A stretch of DNA of 64,000 bases, taken from NCBI GenBank assembly GCA_046538485.1, contig JBKHIT010000003.1:96001-160000 (forward strand). The letters run 5' to 3'. This stretch comes from Candidatus Brocadiia bacterium (GTDB lineage: Bacteria; Planctomycetota; Brocadiia; SM23-32). Position numbers and translations under genes: made by a program. The notes beneath the pieces were generated by a model. That model worked only from the letters and a program-made list of their open reading frames with translations, was not told where the DNA came from and searched no databases. Below are positions 20,044 to 30,685 of the stretch, piece by piece. Numbering within the stretch: the first letter of the stretch is position 1; every line of letters starts with the position of its first letter.

Positions 20044-23000
20044 TTGAGCACTAAAGAGGTTTATCAGGAATTTGTCAGTCCAAACGCACAATACCGAGGG
20101 AAGCCTTTCTGGGCCTGGAACGGCGTTCTTGACAGCGAAGAATTGAGGCGCCAGATTCGTGTTATGGACGAAATGGGTCTCGGCGGATTCTTCATGCATA
20201 GCCGCGTCGGACTCGGAACAGCATATTTGTCTGACGAATGGTTCGATATGATCAAAGCGTGCGTCGATGAAGCCAGAAAACGGGACATGGAAGCCTGGAT
20301 GTACGATGAAGACCGCTGGCCTTCGGGGGCCGCAGGCGGCTTCGTGACGAAAGATGAACGTTACAGGCGGCGAAGCCTCGTGGTGGTTCCCGAACATCCC
20401 GATAATGTTGAACTCGGAATTACCCCCCTCACACTGTTTGTGGCCCGGATTGAGGACGGATCTCTCATTGAGTACCAGAAGTATGAGAAAACAGAGGACC
20501 TGCCGGCGGACCTGGAACAGCCTGAGAGCTATCTGAGCTTCTATGTCAAACTGGACGATCCTTCCTCCTGGTACAATAATGGCACCTATCTCGACACAAT
20601 GAATCACGAGGCCGTGCAGCGTTTCATCGAAGTGACGCACGAGAGATATCGCGAGGAAGTTGGCGATGAGTTTGGAAACCATATCCCCGGGATCTTTACC
20701 GATGAACCTAATTATGGAAACATTGTCCAGCCTTTTGCGATTGAGGGAACGAAATCCTGGGAAACCGCCTGGACCGGGTCGCTTCCAGAAACGTTCAGCA
20801 AACGTTACGGCTACGAGATCATGGATGTGCTTCCTGAAATATTTTTCACCCCCGAGGGCGAAGAAATTTCTACGACTCGGTGGGATTATATGGATTGTGT
20901 TACGTTCCTTTTTTCCGATGCCTTCGCAAGGCAAATAGGGGAGTGGTGTGAAGAGAACAATGTAATGCACACGGGACATGTCCTTGCGGAGGGGACTCTT
21001 CGTTCCCAGAGTAGCGTCGTCGGATCGGCAATGCGATTTTACGAATATATGCAAGCTCAGGGGATCGATATCCTGACGGAGCATAATTACGAGTACGGAA
21101 CCGCTAAGCAATGTTCCAGCGTACAGCATCAAATGGGCCGCCGCTGGGTGCTGAGCGAGACCTATGGGTGCACGGGCTGGGATTTCAGTTTTGAAGGACA
21201 CAAAGCCGTTGGCGACTGGCAGGCGGCTCTTGGAATCAATCTGAGGTGTCAGCACCTCTCCTGGTATACCATGGCCGGTCAGGCCAAGCGCGATTATCCC
21301 GCTTCTATCCATTATCAATCTCCCTGGTGGCGGTACTACAGCACTGTGGAAGATTATTTTGCACGCCTTGCTGTGCTGACCAGCCGAGGACAAGCCGTCC
21401 GCCCACTGCTTGTCGTCCACCCTGTTGAAAGCGTCTGGGCTCTTGCCGGAGCGGAATGGCAAGACGATGAACGGGTCAAAATCCTGGACCAGCAACACGA
21501 CCAACTGCGTCAGTGGTTGTTGGAGGAACACCTGGATTTCGATTACGGGGACGAGGACATGATCGCTCGACTCGGAAAGGTTGATGCTGAGGAGCAGTCG
21601 CTCTGCATCGGAGAGGCGAACTACCAGACAGTTCTGGTGCCACCTATGCTGACGATACGGAGCAGCACTGCTGAAATTCTCAGCGAGTTCGCCGAAAAGG
21701 GCGGAAAAGTTGTTTTCTGCGGACAGATCCCTGAATACGTGGATGCTGCCAAACCCGAGGGGGGAGAACTCGACTTTGCTGGAAACTGCGCGCAGGCTTC
21801 CTTTTCCCGTGACCCCGTCGTTGATTCGGTGGCCGAGACACGTGTGGTCAGTATAACCGACGAGAACGGGAAACAGTGCAGGGATGTTCTGTATCTATTG
21901 CACCGGGACGGTTCGGACTACTACCTGTTTATCTGTAATACGAACCGGGAGGAAGGCACCGGGGTTTTGAAGATAAAAATCGAGGCTGAAGGACAGGTAC
22001 AGGCCTGGAACGCTGAAACCGGTGAGCGCTCGGATGCGGGAGCCGAGATCACTGAAGACGGCATGGAATTTTCCAGGGCACTTGCCCCTACCGGTAGCGC
22101 TGTTTTTGTAATAACTCCGGATGAAGAAGATTTGTCCGAGGAGAAACGCGCTTCAGAAGTAAAATCCGTGCCGTTGCCGGAAGACGGATGGGATATGCGG
22201 GTGAATGAACCGAATGTTTATGTGCTTGACCGCGTTTGGTACCGCATTGAGGAGGGGGACTGGCAGGGACCAGCAGAAGTGCTCAAGGCGGATAACGCCA
22301 TTCGCGACGCAATTGGACTTGATTCCCGTGGAGGGAAAATGGTCCAACCGTGGGCGAGAGAAGAAACGGCGGAAGGTCCAAAAGGGGAAGTGCAGTTGCG
22401 TGCGGAATTTAAGGTTGATGAAATTCCGAAAGGGCCTATCCAGGTGGCGCTCGAGGATCCCCAGAGGTTTTCAATTACACTGAACGGCCAGAGCGTTTCC
22501 ACGGAAGCTGAATGTGGCTGGTGGGTCGATCGGTCTATTCGTGTGATTCCACTCGATGTGGCAGAGGTAAAGGAAGGCACAAATACCATAGAACTTTCTG
22601 GAACTTATGACGATGATGCCGGGCTGGAGACTATGTTTTTGCTCGGATATTTTGGCGTCTCTTTGAACGGCAATGAGGCTGTTATAAAGGGCTTGTCTCA
22701 TTTAGATTTTGGGGATTGGACTCAGCAGGATCTGCCATTCTACAGCGGTGCGATAGCCTATGAAAGAAGCGTTCCGGTGCAGGCTGATAGCCGCAAAGTA
22801 TTCGTGAAAGTGCCTGATTTCAGCGGTGCTTGTGCGCGAGTGCTGGTTGACGGCGAAGAAGCGGGAGTGATAGGCTGGCAACCGGCCGAAGTTGAGATTA
22901 CGGAATACGTGCAGGATACGAGGGAAATTGGCCTGACCATTGAAGTAGTCTCGCACCGCAGGAATGCGTTTGGCCCGCTTCATAATGTGGAAACATGGCC

Positions 23001-23118
23001 ACGATGGACCGGCCCCTCCCAGTTTATAACATCCGGAGATCAATGGTCCGAAGATTATAACCTTGTCCCATGCGGTTGCTTCTCAATACCTCAAATCAGT
23101 TATCGAACGGTCGACTGA
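20044..23118 (+). CDS. GH106-like glycoside hydrolase (alpha-L-rhamnosidase family)
   Basis: PFWAWNG, MGLGGFFMHSRVGL, YDEDRWPSGAAGG, FTDEP, KRDYPASI, C-terminal PFYSG; TTG start with SD AAGGAG. Confidence 0.85.
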   Translation: MSTKEVYQEFVSPNAQYRGKPFWAWNGVLDSEELRRQIRVMDEMGLGGFFMHSRVGLGTAYLSDEWFDMIKACVDEARKRDMEAWMYDEDRWPSGAAGGFVTKDERYRRRSLVVVPEHPDNVELGITPLTLFVARIEDGSLIEYQKYEKTEDLPADLEQPESYLSFYVKLDDPSSWYNNGTYLDTMNHEAVQRFIEVTHERYREEVGDEFGNHIPGIFTDEPNYGNIVQPFAIEGTKSWETAWTGSLPETFSKRYGYEIMDVLPEIFFTPEGEEISTTRWDYMDCVTFLFSDAFARQIGEWCEENNVMHTGHVLAEGTLRSQSSVVGSAMRFYEYMQAQGIDILTEHNYEYGTAKQCSSVQHQMGRRWVLSETYGCTGWDFSFEGHKAVGDWQAALGINLRCQHLSWYTMAGQAKRDYPASIHYQSPWWRYYSTVEDYFARLAVLTSRGQAVRPLLVVHPVESVWALAGAEWQDDERVKILDQQHDQLRQWLLEEHLDFDYGDEDMIARLGKVDAEEQSLCIGEANYQTVLVPPMLTIRSSTAEILSEFAEKGGKVVFCGQIPEYVDAAKPEGGELDFAGNCAQASFSRDPVVDSVAETRVVSITDENGKQCRDVLYLLHRDGSDYYLFICNTNREEGTGVLKIKIEAEGQVQAWNAETGERSDAGAEITEDGMEFSRALAPTGSAVFVITPDEEDLSEEKRASEVKSVPLPEDGWDMRVNEPNVYVLDRVWYRIEEGDWQGPAEVLKADNAIRDAIGLDSRGGKMVQPWAREETAEGPKGEVQLRAEFKVDEIPKGPIQVALEDPQRFSITLNGQSVSTEAECGWWVDRSIRVIPLDVAEVKEGTNTIELSGTYDDDAGLETMFLLGYFGVSLNGNEAVIKGLSHLDFGDWTQQDLPFYSGAIAYERSVPVQADSRKVFVKVPDFSGACARVLVDGEEAGVIGWQPAEVEITEYVQDTREIGLTIEVVSHRRNAFGPLHNVETWPRWTGPSQFITSGDQWSEDYNLVPCGCFSIPQISYRTVD

Positions 23119-23535
23119 TTCCCATCGTCGTGGGAGTGGCTATAATTTGCCTGGTTCATCCGTTTCGTTGGTGTCCAACGTCAGAATAACCAGCCACAAC
23201 CGTCGCTACAACGGCGGCCGTGTGCCGCACCAAAACGTATCCTTCCTTTCGTGATTAATTTCGTAATTATATCCGCGCGATAGCCAGATTACTGCGGCGG
23301 CTACGCTGCTGCTTGACAACGACATTCGGGCGCCAGCTATGTTAACGCGCGGTAAACGGATACTCGTATATTGCTAAAGGGGCTGAATCTGAGTCTTCTT
23401 GTATCTTTTTCGGGTTTCCCGAAGTGGATGCCTGGCATTTGTAACTGGCGCATCACGCCATTCCCCTTTATTCTGTACATGCATAAACATAGAAATCATG
23501 AGAAAACGCCGGTTTCATCGGGAGAGTGCAAAATC

Positions 23536-26500
23536 ATGAACCATAAACTCAGAAGGCCCTTGAGTTTTTCTGTTTTCCTTGTTTTCACACTTGCGAACTG
23601 GGCTTGTGTTTTTGCGGGAGAAGCCGGCCAGATGAAGGAAAAGAGTGCGGCCGGTGAGGTATCATTTTCATACGAGCTTAAAGAGTCCGGACGTGTTTCA
23701 GCAGCCGTCTACGATACCGAGGGACATTTGCTACGTGAATTGCTGCGCGCTGAAAAGCAAAAACCGGGGCAGCATATTATTTCCTGGGATGGGTTGGACC
23801 GTGAAGGTAATCCGCAGAAGCCTGGCGAATACCAGTGGCGGGTGCTCCGCACACCCGGTTTTAGAGCCGAATACGTGACGAATTTGGGCATTAATCCGGA
23901 TTCCGTTCCTTATGACAAATGGGTGGGCAATCATGGTGGACCGGCCTCGGTCGAGGTCGATTCGTCCGGAATGTATATCGCAGCGACAGTGACAGAAACG
24001 GCCCCTGTGCTTTTGAAACAATCGCTCGGTGGTAAGGAGCGATTCTGGACGCGTGGCCGGGGCGATGTTACGACGGGACGTTTCCAGGGCGGTGTTTCTC
24101 TGGCGAGCGATGGCGAAGGGACGCTCTATATGTTGCAGCAGAACGCCTACGTTCAGGTAATTGATGCAAAAAGTGGACACCGGCGTGGCACGTGGGATCT
24201 TCTGCCCGAGGACGATGAACGTCGCGAAGACGGCCGTCTGAAACATCGTCGTTACAAGCACGGGCAGGCGATTTCTATGATAGACCTGGATGCGCGGGGG
24301 AGAACGGTGGTGATAAGCTACCACGACAGGGATAAAGTTTGCTGGGTGAGTCCTGATGACGGTTCGGTGCAATCGGAGGTGGCCATTGAGAATCCCTGGG
24401 GCGTTGAAGTGGGGTCGAATGACGAAGTTTTCGTGATTTCTTCAAAGAAGATAGTCAAAGTTGCGGCCTCCGGTGAACAGAGCGTGGTCGTTGCGGCCGG
24501 AATGATATCACCTCGGCGTCTTGCGATTGACCAAACGAGCGGAGATTTGTTGGTTTCTGAATTTGCCCCCACGCATCAGGTGAAACGTTTTTCGCCGAAG
24601 GGCAAACTCCAGAGTACCTACGGGCGGAAGGGCGGACGGCAGGATGGGCTTTATGTTCCAACGGATTTCCTGCACATTACCTCGATCTGTTCTGACGGAC
24701 AGGATGGCTTTGTTGTTACCGAGGAAAGAACCGCCCCGCGACGTGTGGCGCGTTTCAATGGAGAAGGACAGCTGGTGAAGGAGTGGTACGGCGGTCAACC
24801 TTACTATACCTGGGGAGAACCGGATACGCGCAATCCTCTCCGTGTCTGGTTTAATCCGGGATCATGGCTGACTTTGGCCGAGATAGACGCTGAAACCAAA
24901 AAATGGCGGGTTCTTGAAAATTATCGCCAGAGCGAGCTTGGCGGTGGGCTTGTGCGGACGGTCACCGGACACCGCGGGCGCTGGCATGTGTTGTATCGTG
25001 GGGATCAGCGGTATCTGGTCAGCGAAGGGGTACCACACGTTCTATTGCACGAAAAAGGTGCGCTGCGGGCGGTCGCAGTGGTGAGCAATGATGCCAGGCA
25101 GGTGTCAGTTGCTGCGGAGATGGCTGGCTACGAAGAAAAAGCGCGGTCATTTCGATGGCTCGATAAAAACAGGGACGGAACGCCTCAAGGTGAGGAGTTT
25201 ACGTTCTCGCCCGAAAGGCATGTGCCACGCGGACGTTGGGTTTCCGACAAGTTTGAAATTGTCGGTTTCGCTTCCGGGCGCGGGGAAGATGGCGCATTTG
25301 TCCGAGTCACCAGCACGCATCCAAAATGGACACAACGCGGGCCTGTCTACCCGATCGGGAATGAGGATGGTGTCAACAACACCGCCGGGGAAATGGAGGT
25401 TCCCAGCCCCGCAACGACAGGCGGAACACGGGGAGCGTGTGCTTTTCGCGACCGTAAGGGGGACTATTACGCTATTTACAATACCAGCAGTGACAGGCAC
25501 GGGACTACCTGGCCTACCGAATGGGGAGGGCGAAGCCGGGTTGTCAGGTGGGATTCAAAGGGAAACAAGCAATGGGAGGTCGGTCGGCATGCAATCCATG
25601 GCGGGCTCGGGAGTCGGCCTCACACGACCCCGCCGGGATACCTGCACGTGCCCGCGGCAATGATCGGAGAAATCCGCAATACGGTCGTAATGACCGATCG
25701 AGTCGAATGGATGGGATTAGTGTGGACGAAAGACGGATTATGCTGCGGCGATGTGCTGGATGGGCGCGTTGAAGACGGGTTGCCGGAGATTTGTTATTAC
25801 TGGTGGCGGACGCCCAGCGGCAAAGAAGCGATCATTACCAGTGACAATGCGACCGGTGGAGCTATTGTTGAAAACGATGATGGGTCCGTATACTTTTTCA
25901 CTCAGGGCCGCAACAGTGTGCCCGTTTACAAAATACACGGATGGGAGGACTGGAAACGTTTCAATGGGAAGATCGAACTCAAAGCCGAACCGCTTTACGC
26001 ACGCGGAGAGGGCAAAGGACTTACCGCGCGGTATTATCGCATAAAGAGCGAAGGCGGTTCCGAAGAAATAACGGAGTTATTCGAATCTGGCGGGACTGAT
26101 TTTGATGAACCGAATGTTGTCCGTGTCGATCGCCAGGTCTGGCATGGGGTCCCGCGTCATAACCCTGGAAACCATACGATTATCGACGGTTTTCGTGGTG
26201 GGCCAGCCTATGATTGGTCAGAAGGTGTGAAACTTCTGAAGAAGGCCGAAGGGGGACAGCTGGGACTCAATGCTATGGCAAAGCCGTCGCGGGCTTTCGG
26301 GGTGCGGTGGACAGGGGAAATCGAATCCCCGCTGACTGAAATCTTCGTTTTTTCAGTCTATCACCGCGGGCGCGTCAGGCTCTGGATCGATGGGCAACAG
26401 AAAATATTTGGCTGGAACGAGAGCCGGCAGCGTCGGGAAAGTGGTACGATCGAGCTGAGAGCGGGAAAGCGCTACAGCATCCAGCTCGATTTCAAATCCG

Positions 26501-27018
26501 AGCAGTTGTATCCCGCGTGCAGTTTGAACTGGGAATCATCAAGTATAGATCGGCGGCGTATCCCGCAGAAATATCTTTATCCCGCTGAAATAGAAGTCGC
26601 AGATAAACCGGACGTGCGCGATGCCAGGACCAGAATCCCTGCGTTTACTTTCGATGAGACAAATATAGAGACTGACGATCGGCGAAATTATACCCGGGGT
26701 CTGCGACAGCGGGGGATCGGTACGTCGGGGGCATACCTCGGTTTCAAGCGAATCGATTTTGGAGAAGGGAGTACCAAATTGAAAGCGATGGCGAGGGGTA
26801 ATCCAGCGGGGCGGAACAAATTCGACGTTAGTTTCACGTTCAAAATAGATAATCTCGATGGATCTGCGATTGCGAAAGTGAGCATGAGGGACGGCAAAAT
26901 GCGGGAGCGGCCGGTTGAACTGAAAAAAAAGATCTCGGGGATTCACGATGTTTACGTGGTAAACACGAGCCCGAAGAGATGGCATTTTATCGGGTTGAAA
27001 TATTTTGTTTTCAAATAA
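23536..27018 (+). CDS. Large secreted modular protein: FlgD-Ig domain, beta-propeller, PA14 domain, CBM6-like domain
   Basis: Signal peptide; VSAAVYD..G.LLREL...G.H...WDG.D..G (FlgD-Ig); GKGLTARYY, FGVRWTG.I.SP, VRLWIDG (PA14); FKRIDFGEG...ISGIHDVYVV (CBM6-like). Confidence 0.8.
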   Translation: MNHKLRRPLSFSVFLVFTLANWACVFAGEAGQMKEKSAAGEVSFSYELKESGRVSAAVYDTEGHLLRELLRAEKQKPGQHIISWDGLDREGNPQKPGEYQWRVLRTPGFRAEYVTNLGINPDSVPYDKWVGNHGGPASVEVDSSGMYIAATVTETAPVLLKQSLGGKERFWTRGRGDVTTGRFQGGVSLASDGEGTLYMLQQNAYVQVIDAKSGHRRGTWDLLPEDDERREDGRLKHRRYKHGQAISMIDLDARGRTVVISYHDRDKVCWVSPDDGSVQSEVAIENPWGVEVGSNDEVFVISSKKIVKVAASGEQSVVVAAGMISPRRLAIDQTSGDLLVSEFAPTHQVKRFSPKGKLQSTYGRKGGRQDGLYVPTDFLHITSICSDGQDGFVVTEERTAPRRVARFNGEGQLVKEWYGGQPYYTWGEPDTRNPLRVWFNPGSWLTLAEIDAETKKWRVLENYRQSELGGGLVRTVTGHRGRWHVLYRGDQRYLVSEGVPHVLLHEKGALRAVAVVSNDARQVSVAAEMAGYEEKARSFRWLDKNRDGTPQGEEFTFSPERHVPRGRWVSDKFEIVGFASGRGEDGAFVRVTSTHPKWTQRGPVYPIGNEDGVNNTAGEMEVPSPATTGGTRGACAFRDRKGDYYAIYNTSSDRHGTTWPTEWGGRSRVVRWDSKGNKQWEVGRHAIHGGLGSRPHTTPPGYLHVPAAMIGEIRNTVVMTDRVEWMGLVWTKDGLCCGDVLDGRVEDGLPEICYYWWRTPSGKEAIITSDNATGGAIVENDDGSVYFFTQGRNSVPVYKIHGWEDWKRFNGKIELKAEPLYARGEGKGLTARYYRIKSEGGSEEITELFESGGTDFDEPNVVRVDRQVWHGVPRHNPGNHTIIDGFRGGPAYDWSEGVKLLKKAEGGQLGLNAMAKPSRAFGVRWTGEIESPLTEIFVFSVYHRGRVRLWIDGQQKIFGWNESRQRRESGTIELRAGKRYSIQLDFKSEQLYPACSLNWESSSIDRRRIPQKYLYPAEIEVADKPDVRDARTRIPAFTFDETNIETDDRRNYTRGLRQRGIGTSGAYLGFKRIDFGEGSTKLKAMARGNPAGRNKFDVSFTFKIDNLDGSAIAKVSMRDGKMRERPVELKKKISGIHDVYVVNTSPKRWHFIGLKYFVFK

Positions 27019-27094
27019 CCGGATCGAATTCGTAGAGTTTGGGTACGGTTGGCCACTTTCGAGCGGGACTTACAAAATGGCATTACGACGTTCC

Positions 27095-28450
27095 TTAATT
27101 CCCGGGTTCGGCCGTACTGGAAGACTTTTCACTTTCGAAGTTTTTCCAGTCATCTTCGATCTTTTCCGCTTCAATGGGAGTGCCGCCGTAATGGAAGGTC
27201 TCCCCGTGTCCCGCAACGACCCTGACATCACGTTCTTCACTGCGTGCGCGAATATGACCGGCAAGAACTTTCACGGTGATGGTATGGTCTTCATCGACGG
27301 TGACCTCCGCTTTGCCCGAGAGTAAATTCAAGCGAGCGGCTTTTGAGCGGATCTGAAGCTCTGATCGCCCGGGGACGGTCGCGAGCAGTTTGCCGCTGTA
27401 GACGCTTACAGAACCCGCACTATGGATTTGCAGTTTGGATTGGCCAGCAAGGCGGACGGTTTTTTCCCCGAGCTTAATGCGTGCAAGACTACTTTCTATC
27501 GTGCGGGATACCATTCCGTGTCGAAGCTGCGCTGATTCACCAGCCGAAAGTGATTTATCGCCCAATTTCAGCGTTCCATCGATGGCCTCGATCGTTCCGA
27601 TTGGCCAGAACAGAAAATAGCCTGCAATGAGTACGACCACCAGCGCTATTGTCCCGGCGAACTTGGCGAAGTTCAGAAAAGCTTTCCGGGTGGGAGCGGC
27701 AGCCAGCGCGCCCAGGTCATACAGCAGAATAAGCGGGACCGCCATCATGATTTGTGTGAAGGGATCAGGCGGAGTGAAGACGGCGGCGAGGACGAAACCG
27801 AGGAGAATAGCGGTTTTACGGTGTTTTTGGACCGTTTCGATGGAAATGATGTTCCACTGAACAAGGTGATACATAATAAGGGGAGTCTGAAATACAATGC
27901 CCAGGACCAGAGTCATCAGGACGATAAGCGAGAGGTAGGGGCCGATCATCAACATCGGTTGAGTGGTCGCACCTGATAGCGTGAGGAGAAAACGCAGTGC
28001 GTAGGGGATAAAAACGAAATACCCGAAGGCTATCCCAATGATAAAACATAGCAGGGAGATAGCGCCCAATCGCAGTAGAACGGAGCGCTCTTTTTTGTAA
28101 AGCCCGGGAGCGACGAAGGCCCACATCTGATAAAGCCAGAAAGGAGCGGCCAGAATCGCGGCGATCAGAAGAGACGCTTTCATATATGCAAGGACATCTT
28201 CGAGATAACCCTGGTACTTTAAGCGGGTATCGATATGATGGGCCTGTGTGGCGAGAATATGCGGCCGGATCAAAATCTGTCGGATGCGATGGCGGAAAAA
28301 CCAGGCTAAGATGAAAGCCACTGCAAGGACTGCGAGGCATCTCAAAATTCTCGTTCGGAGTTCTTCCAGGTGGTCTCCGAGCGGCATTTCCAGTTCGCCT
28401 GTCTCGCTCTTGGGTGAATCGGTGTTCACCAGCAATCCGTTTCCTGCCAA
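27095..28450 (-). CDS. tatC: Twin-arginine translocase subunit TatC with C-terminal extra TM and FecR-like domain (start may be GTG 28429)
   Basis: MPLGDHLEELRTR, YQMWAFVAPGLYKKE, FQTP and TPPDPFTQ motifs, followed by a ~190 aa extension. Confidence 0.92.
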   Translation of the reverse strand: MAGNGLLVNTDSPKSETGELEMPLGDHLEELRTRILRCLAVLAVAFILAWFFRHRIRQILIRPHILATQAHHIDTRLKYQGYLEDVLAYMKASLLIAAILAAPFWLYQMWAFVAPGLYKKERSVLLRLGAISLLCFIIGIAFGYFVFIPYALRFLLTLSGATTQPMLMIGPYLSLIVLMTLVLGIVFQTPLIMYHLVQWNIISIETVQKHRKTAILLGFVLAAVFTPPDPFTQIMMAVPLILLYDLGALAAAPTRKAFLNFAKFAGTIALVVVLIAGYFLFWPIGTIEAIDGTLKLGDKSLSAGESAQLRHGMVSRTIESSLARIKLGEKTVRLAGQSKLQIHSAGSVSVYSGKLLATVPGRSELQIRSKAARLNLLSGKAEVTVDEDHTITVKVLAGHIRARSEERDVRVVAGHGETFHYGGTPIEAEKIEDDWKNFESEKSSSTAEPGN

Positions 28451-28490
28451 GAAAGATTCGGGTGGGGAATTTCAGGAAGAGGTCCGGTCT

Positions 28491-29966
28491 TCAATATTCT
28501 TTTCGCATTCGAGATGACGGAATATTCAGGTTCTTCCGGTATTTGGAGATAGTACGGCGAGCGATATCAATGCCTTCTTCGTTCAGTTTATCCGCGATGT
28601 CCTGGTCGCTGAGGGGATTGCTCTTATCTTCGTTTTCAACAATATTGAGGAGTTTTTTCTTGACGACTTCCCACGACTCCATTTCTCCATTATCTTTCTC
28701 TACTCCTCCTGTAAAGAAATGCTTGAGAGAATAGATTCCCTGGGGAGTTTGCGCATATTTATCGGAAATTGCCCGGCTGACGGTTGAAACATGGACGCCC
28801 ACGCGGTCTGCGACTTCCTGCATTTTCAGCGGTTTCAGGTGCATTTCTCCTTTTTCAAAGAATTCTTTCTGAGCATTAACGATATCCTCAGTCACATTTT
28901 GAACGGTGGCTCGACGTTGCTCAATAGCAGAGATCAATCCTTGGGCGCTTTGAAGCTTTTTCTTCAGATACTCACGCGTCTTTTCATCGAGATCTTTTTG
29001 GCGCAGCCTGCGGGCGTAGTATGCGCAGATGCTCAGCGATGGAAGCCAGCTATCTTCCTGGATTACTTCGAATTTCCCATCTCGTTCAACGATGCGAATT
29101 TCAGGTGTGACGTGGGGGGTAATGGGTTTTTGGAAGAGGGATCCTGGAATGGGGTTTAGTTTACTGATAGATTCAACAGCTTCTTTCAGCTTTTCAATGG
29201 AGCAGCCGACAGCTCGGGCAACCTTAGGATAGCGATTTTGGAGGATGTCGTCGAAATGATCGGTGATGATTTTTTTCAGAAGGTCATAATTCGGATCTCT
29301 CTTATCCAGTTGCAACAGCAGGCATTCTTCCGTATTACGGGCGGCAACGCCGGGTGGCTCAAAGCTCTGCACCAGTTTGAGTGCATCCTCGGCCTGCTCG
29401 AGCGTAACGTTATTATCCATCGACGCCACAATCTCTTCCAGAGGATGTGCGAGATAACCTCTGTCGTCGAGGTTGGCAACGATATTTTCGCCGATCGCGC
29501 GCATATCTTCGTCAAGGTCATGGTATGCCAGCTGGCTGTTGAGATGATCTTCGAGAGACGGGTCCGGGGCAGGGGAGTTTTCGAATGCTTCCTGTTTATC
29601 GCCTTTGGTATTGGGCGAGTAGCTCCCTGATGAGGTTGCGGAGGCTGAACGTTCGTAATATGAGGCCAAATCGTCAAAACGATCAAAATCGTCGGCTTGC
29701 TCTTCTTCGTTGGCGCTGACCTCGTCGAGCTTTTCTTCCTCTGCTGGCTCTTCGACCTCTGAGTTTTCGAGGGATTTTGTTTTTGCATCCTCTTCTTTAT
29801 CTTCAGAGATGGTTTGCTCCAACATGGGGTTTTCCTGCAGTTCTTCATCGATTCGGTGTTTCAACTCAATCAGGGGCAACTGCAGTATTTCTATCGACTG
29901 GATTACCTGTGGAGCCAGCCGCATACGCATTTCCTGTCGCGCCTGCAGGCTGGCTTCCATTCTCAT
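28491..29966 (-). CDS. rpoN: RNA polymerase sigma-54 factor
   Basis: Q/L-rich N-terminus (QSIEILQL...ENPMLE), NLDDRGYL, HVSTVSRA HTH, RpoN box ARRTISKYR. Confidence 0.97.
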   Translation of the reverse strand: MRMEASLQARQEMRMRLAPQVIQSIEILQLPLIELKHRIDEELQENPMLEQTISEDKEEDAKTKSLENSEVEEPAEEEKLDEVSANEEEQADDFDRFDDLASYYERSASATSSGSYSPNTKGDKQEAFENSPAPDPSLEDHLNSQLAYHDLDEDMRAIGENIVANLDDRGYLAHPLEEIVASMDNNVTLEQAEDALKLVQSFEPPGVAARNTEECLLLQLDKRDPNYDLLKKIITDHFDDILQNRYPKVARAVGCSIEKLKEAVESISKLNPIPGSLFQKPITPHVTPEIRIVERDGKFEVIQEDSWLPSLSICAYYARRLRQKDLDEKTREYLKKKLQSAQGLISAIEQRRATVQNVTEDIVNAQKEFFEKGEMHLKPLKMQEVADRVGVHVSTVSRAISDKYAQTPQGIYSLKHFFTGGVEKDNGEMESWEVVKKKLLNIVENEDKSNPLSDQDIADKLNEEGIDIARRTISKYRKNLNIPSSRMRKEY

Positions 29967-29996
29967 GGATTTATTACCTTTCTTCGATTAAAAGGC

Positions 29997-30617
29997 CTAT
30001 TCGGTCTCTGATTGTTCGATTTCACGTCGCCCTTGCAACGCTTCGGTGACAATTGCCGAATCGGCGTACTCGAGGTGGCTGCCGCTGGGAAGTCCTTTGG
30101 CAATGCGCGTGATTTTCACATCGATGTTCTCGAGAGCCTTGCGCACGAATTCGGCGGTTACATCTCCTTCCATATCGGGATTGGTGGCAAGGATGATTTC
30201 TTCACTTTGTTCATCGGCTGCTCTCCGCAGCAGATCATCAATCGTCAGATCTTCAGGCTCAATACCATCAAGAGGTGCCAGGCGGCCGCCGAGAACATGG
30301 TAAAGCCCCCTGTATCCGCCGCTTTCTTCAATCGCTGCTGCGTCCTGAGAACTTTCGACCACACAAATTGTGCTGGGGTCTCGACGTTCATCGGAGCATA
30401 TGTGACACGGGTCGCTTTCCGATAGCAAATGGCAAATCGAACATTGCCTGATACTCTTTTTGACAGTTTCGATTGCCCGGGCAAGCTCAAGAGCTTCATC
30501 ATTGCTGAGACGCACGATATGATAAGCCAGCCGCTCGGCCGTTTTCTCCCCGACTCCTGGCAGACCGGTCAACCGTTCTACCAACCGGGAAATAGATTCG
30601 GCACCTCCCTTGTTCAT
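29997..30617 (-). CDS. recR: Recombination mediator RecR
   Basis: LPGVGEKTAERLA HhH, C4 zinc finger CSIC...CHIC, TOPRIM (YHVLGG, ATNPDMEGD). Confidence 0.97.
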   Translation of the reverse strand: MNKGGAESISRLVERLTGLPGVGEKTAERLAYHIVRLSNDEALELARAIETVKKSIRQCSICHLLSESDPCHICSDERRDPSTICVVESSQDAAAIEESGGYRGLYHVLGGRLAPLDGIEPEDLTIDDLLRRAADEQSEEIILATNPDMEGDVTAEFVRKALENIDVKITRIAKGLPSGSHLEYADSAIVTEALQGRREIEQSETE

Positions 30618-30685
30618 AGTCGGTCCTCTCCTGCTTTCCGGATGCCAGAATTATTGTACCAGCTGAGCTGTATTTTTGCCAATTT

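Noticed and set aside
19942..21531. 529 aa antisense ORF
   Set aside because: It lies opposite the well-supported GH106-like gene and has no motifs; a codon-bias shadow ORF, like the many shorter antisense ORFs in the track.
23170..23350. Integron attC-like site (GTCCAAC...)
   Set aside because: No matching GTTRRRY end with the required internal symmetry, and no cassette array or IntI.
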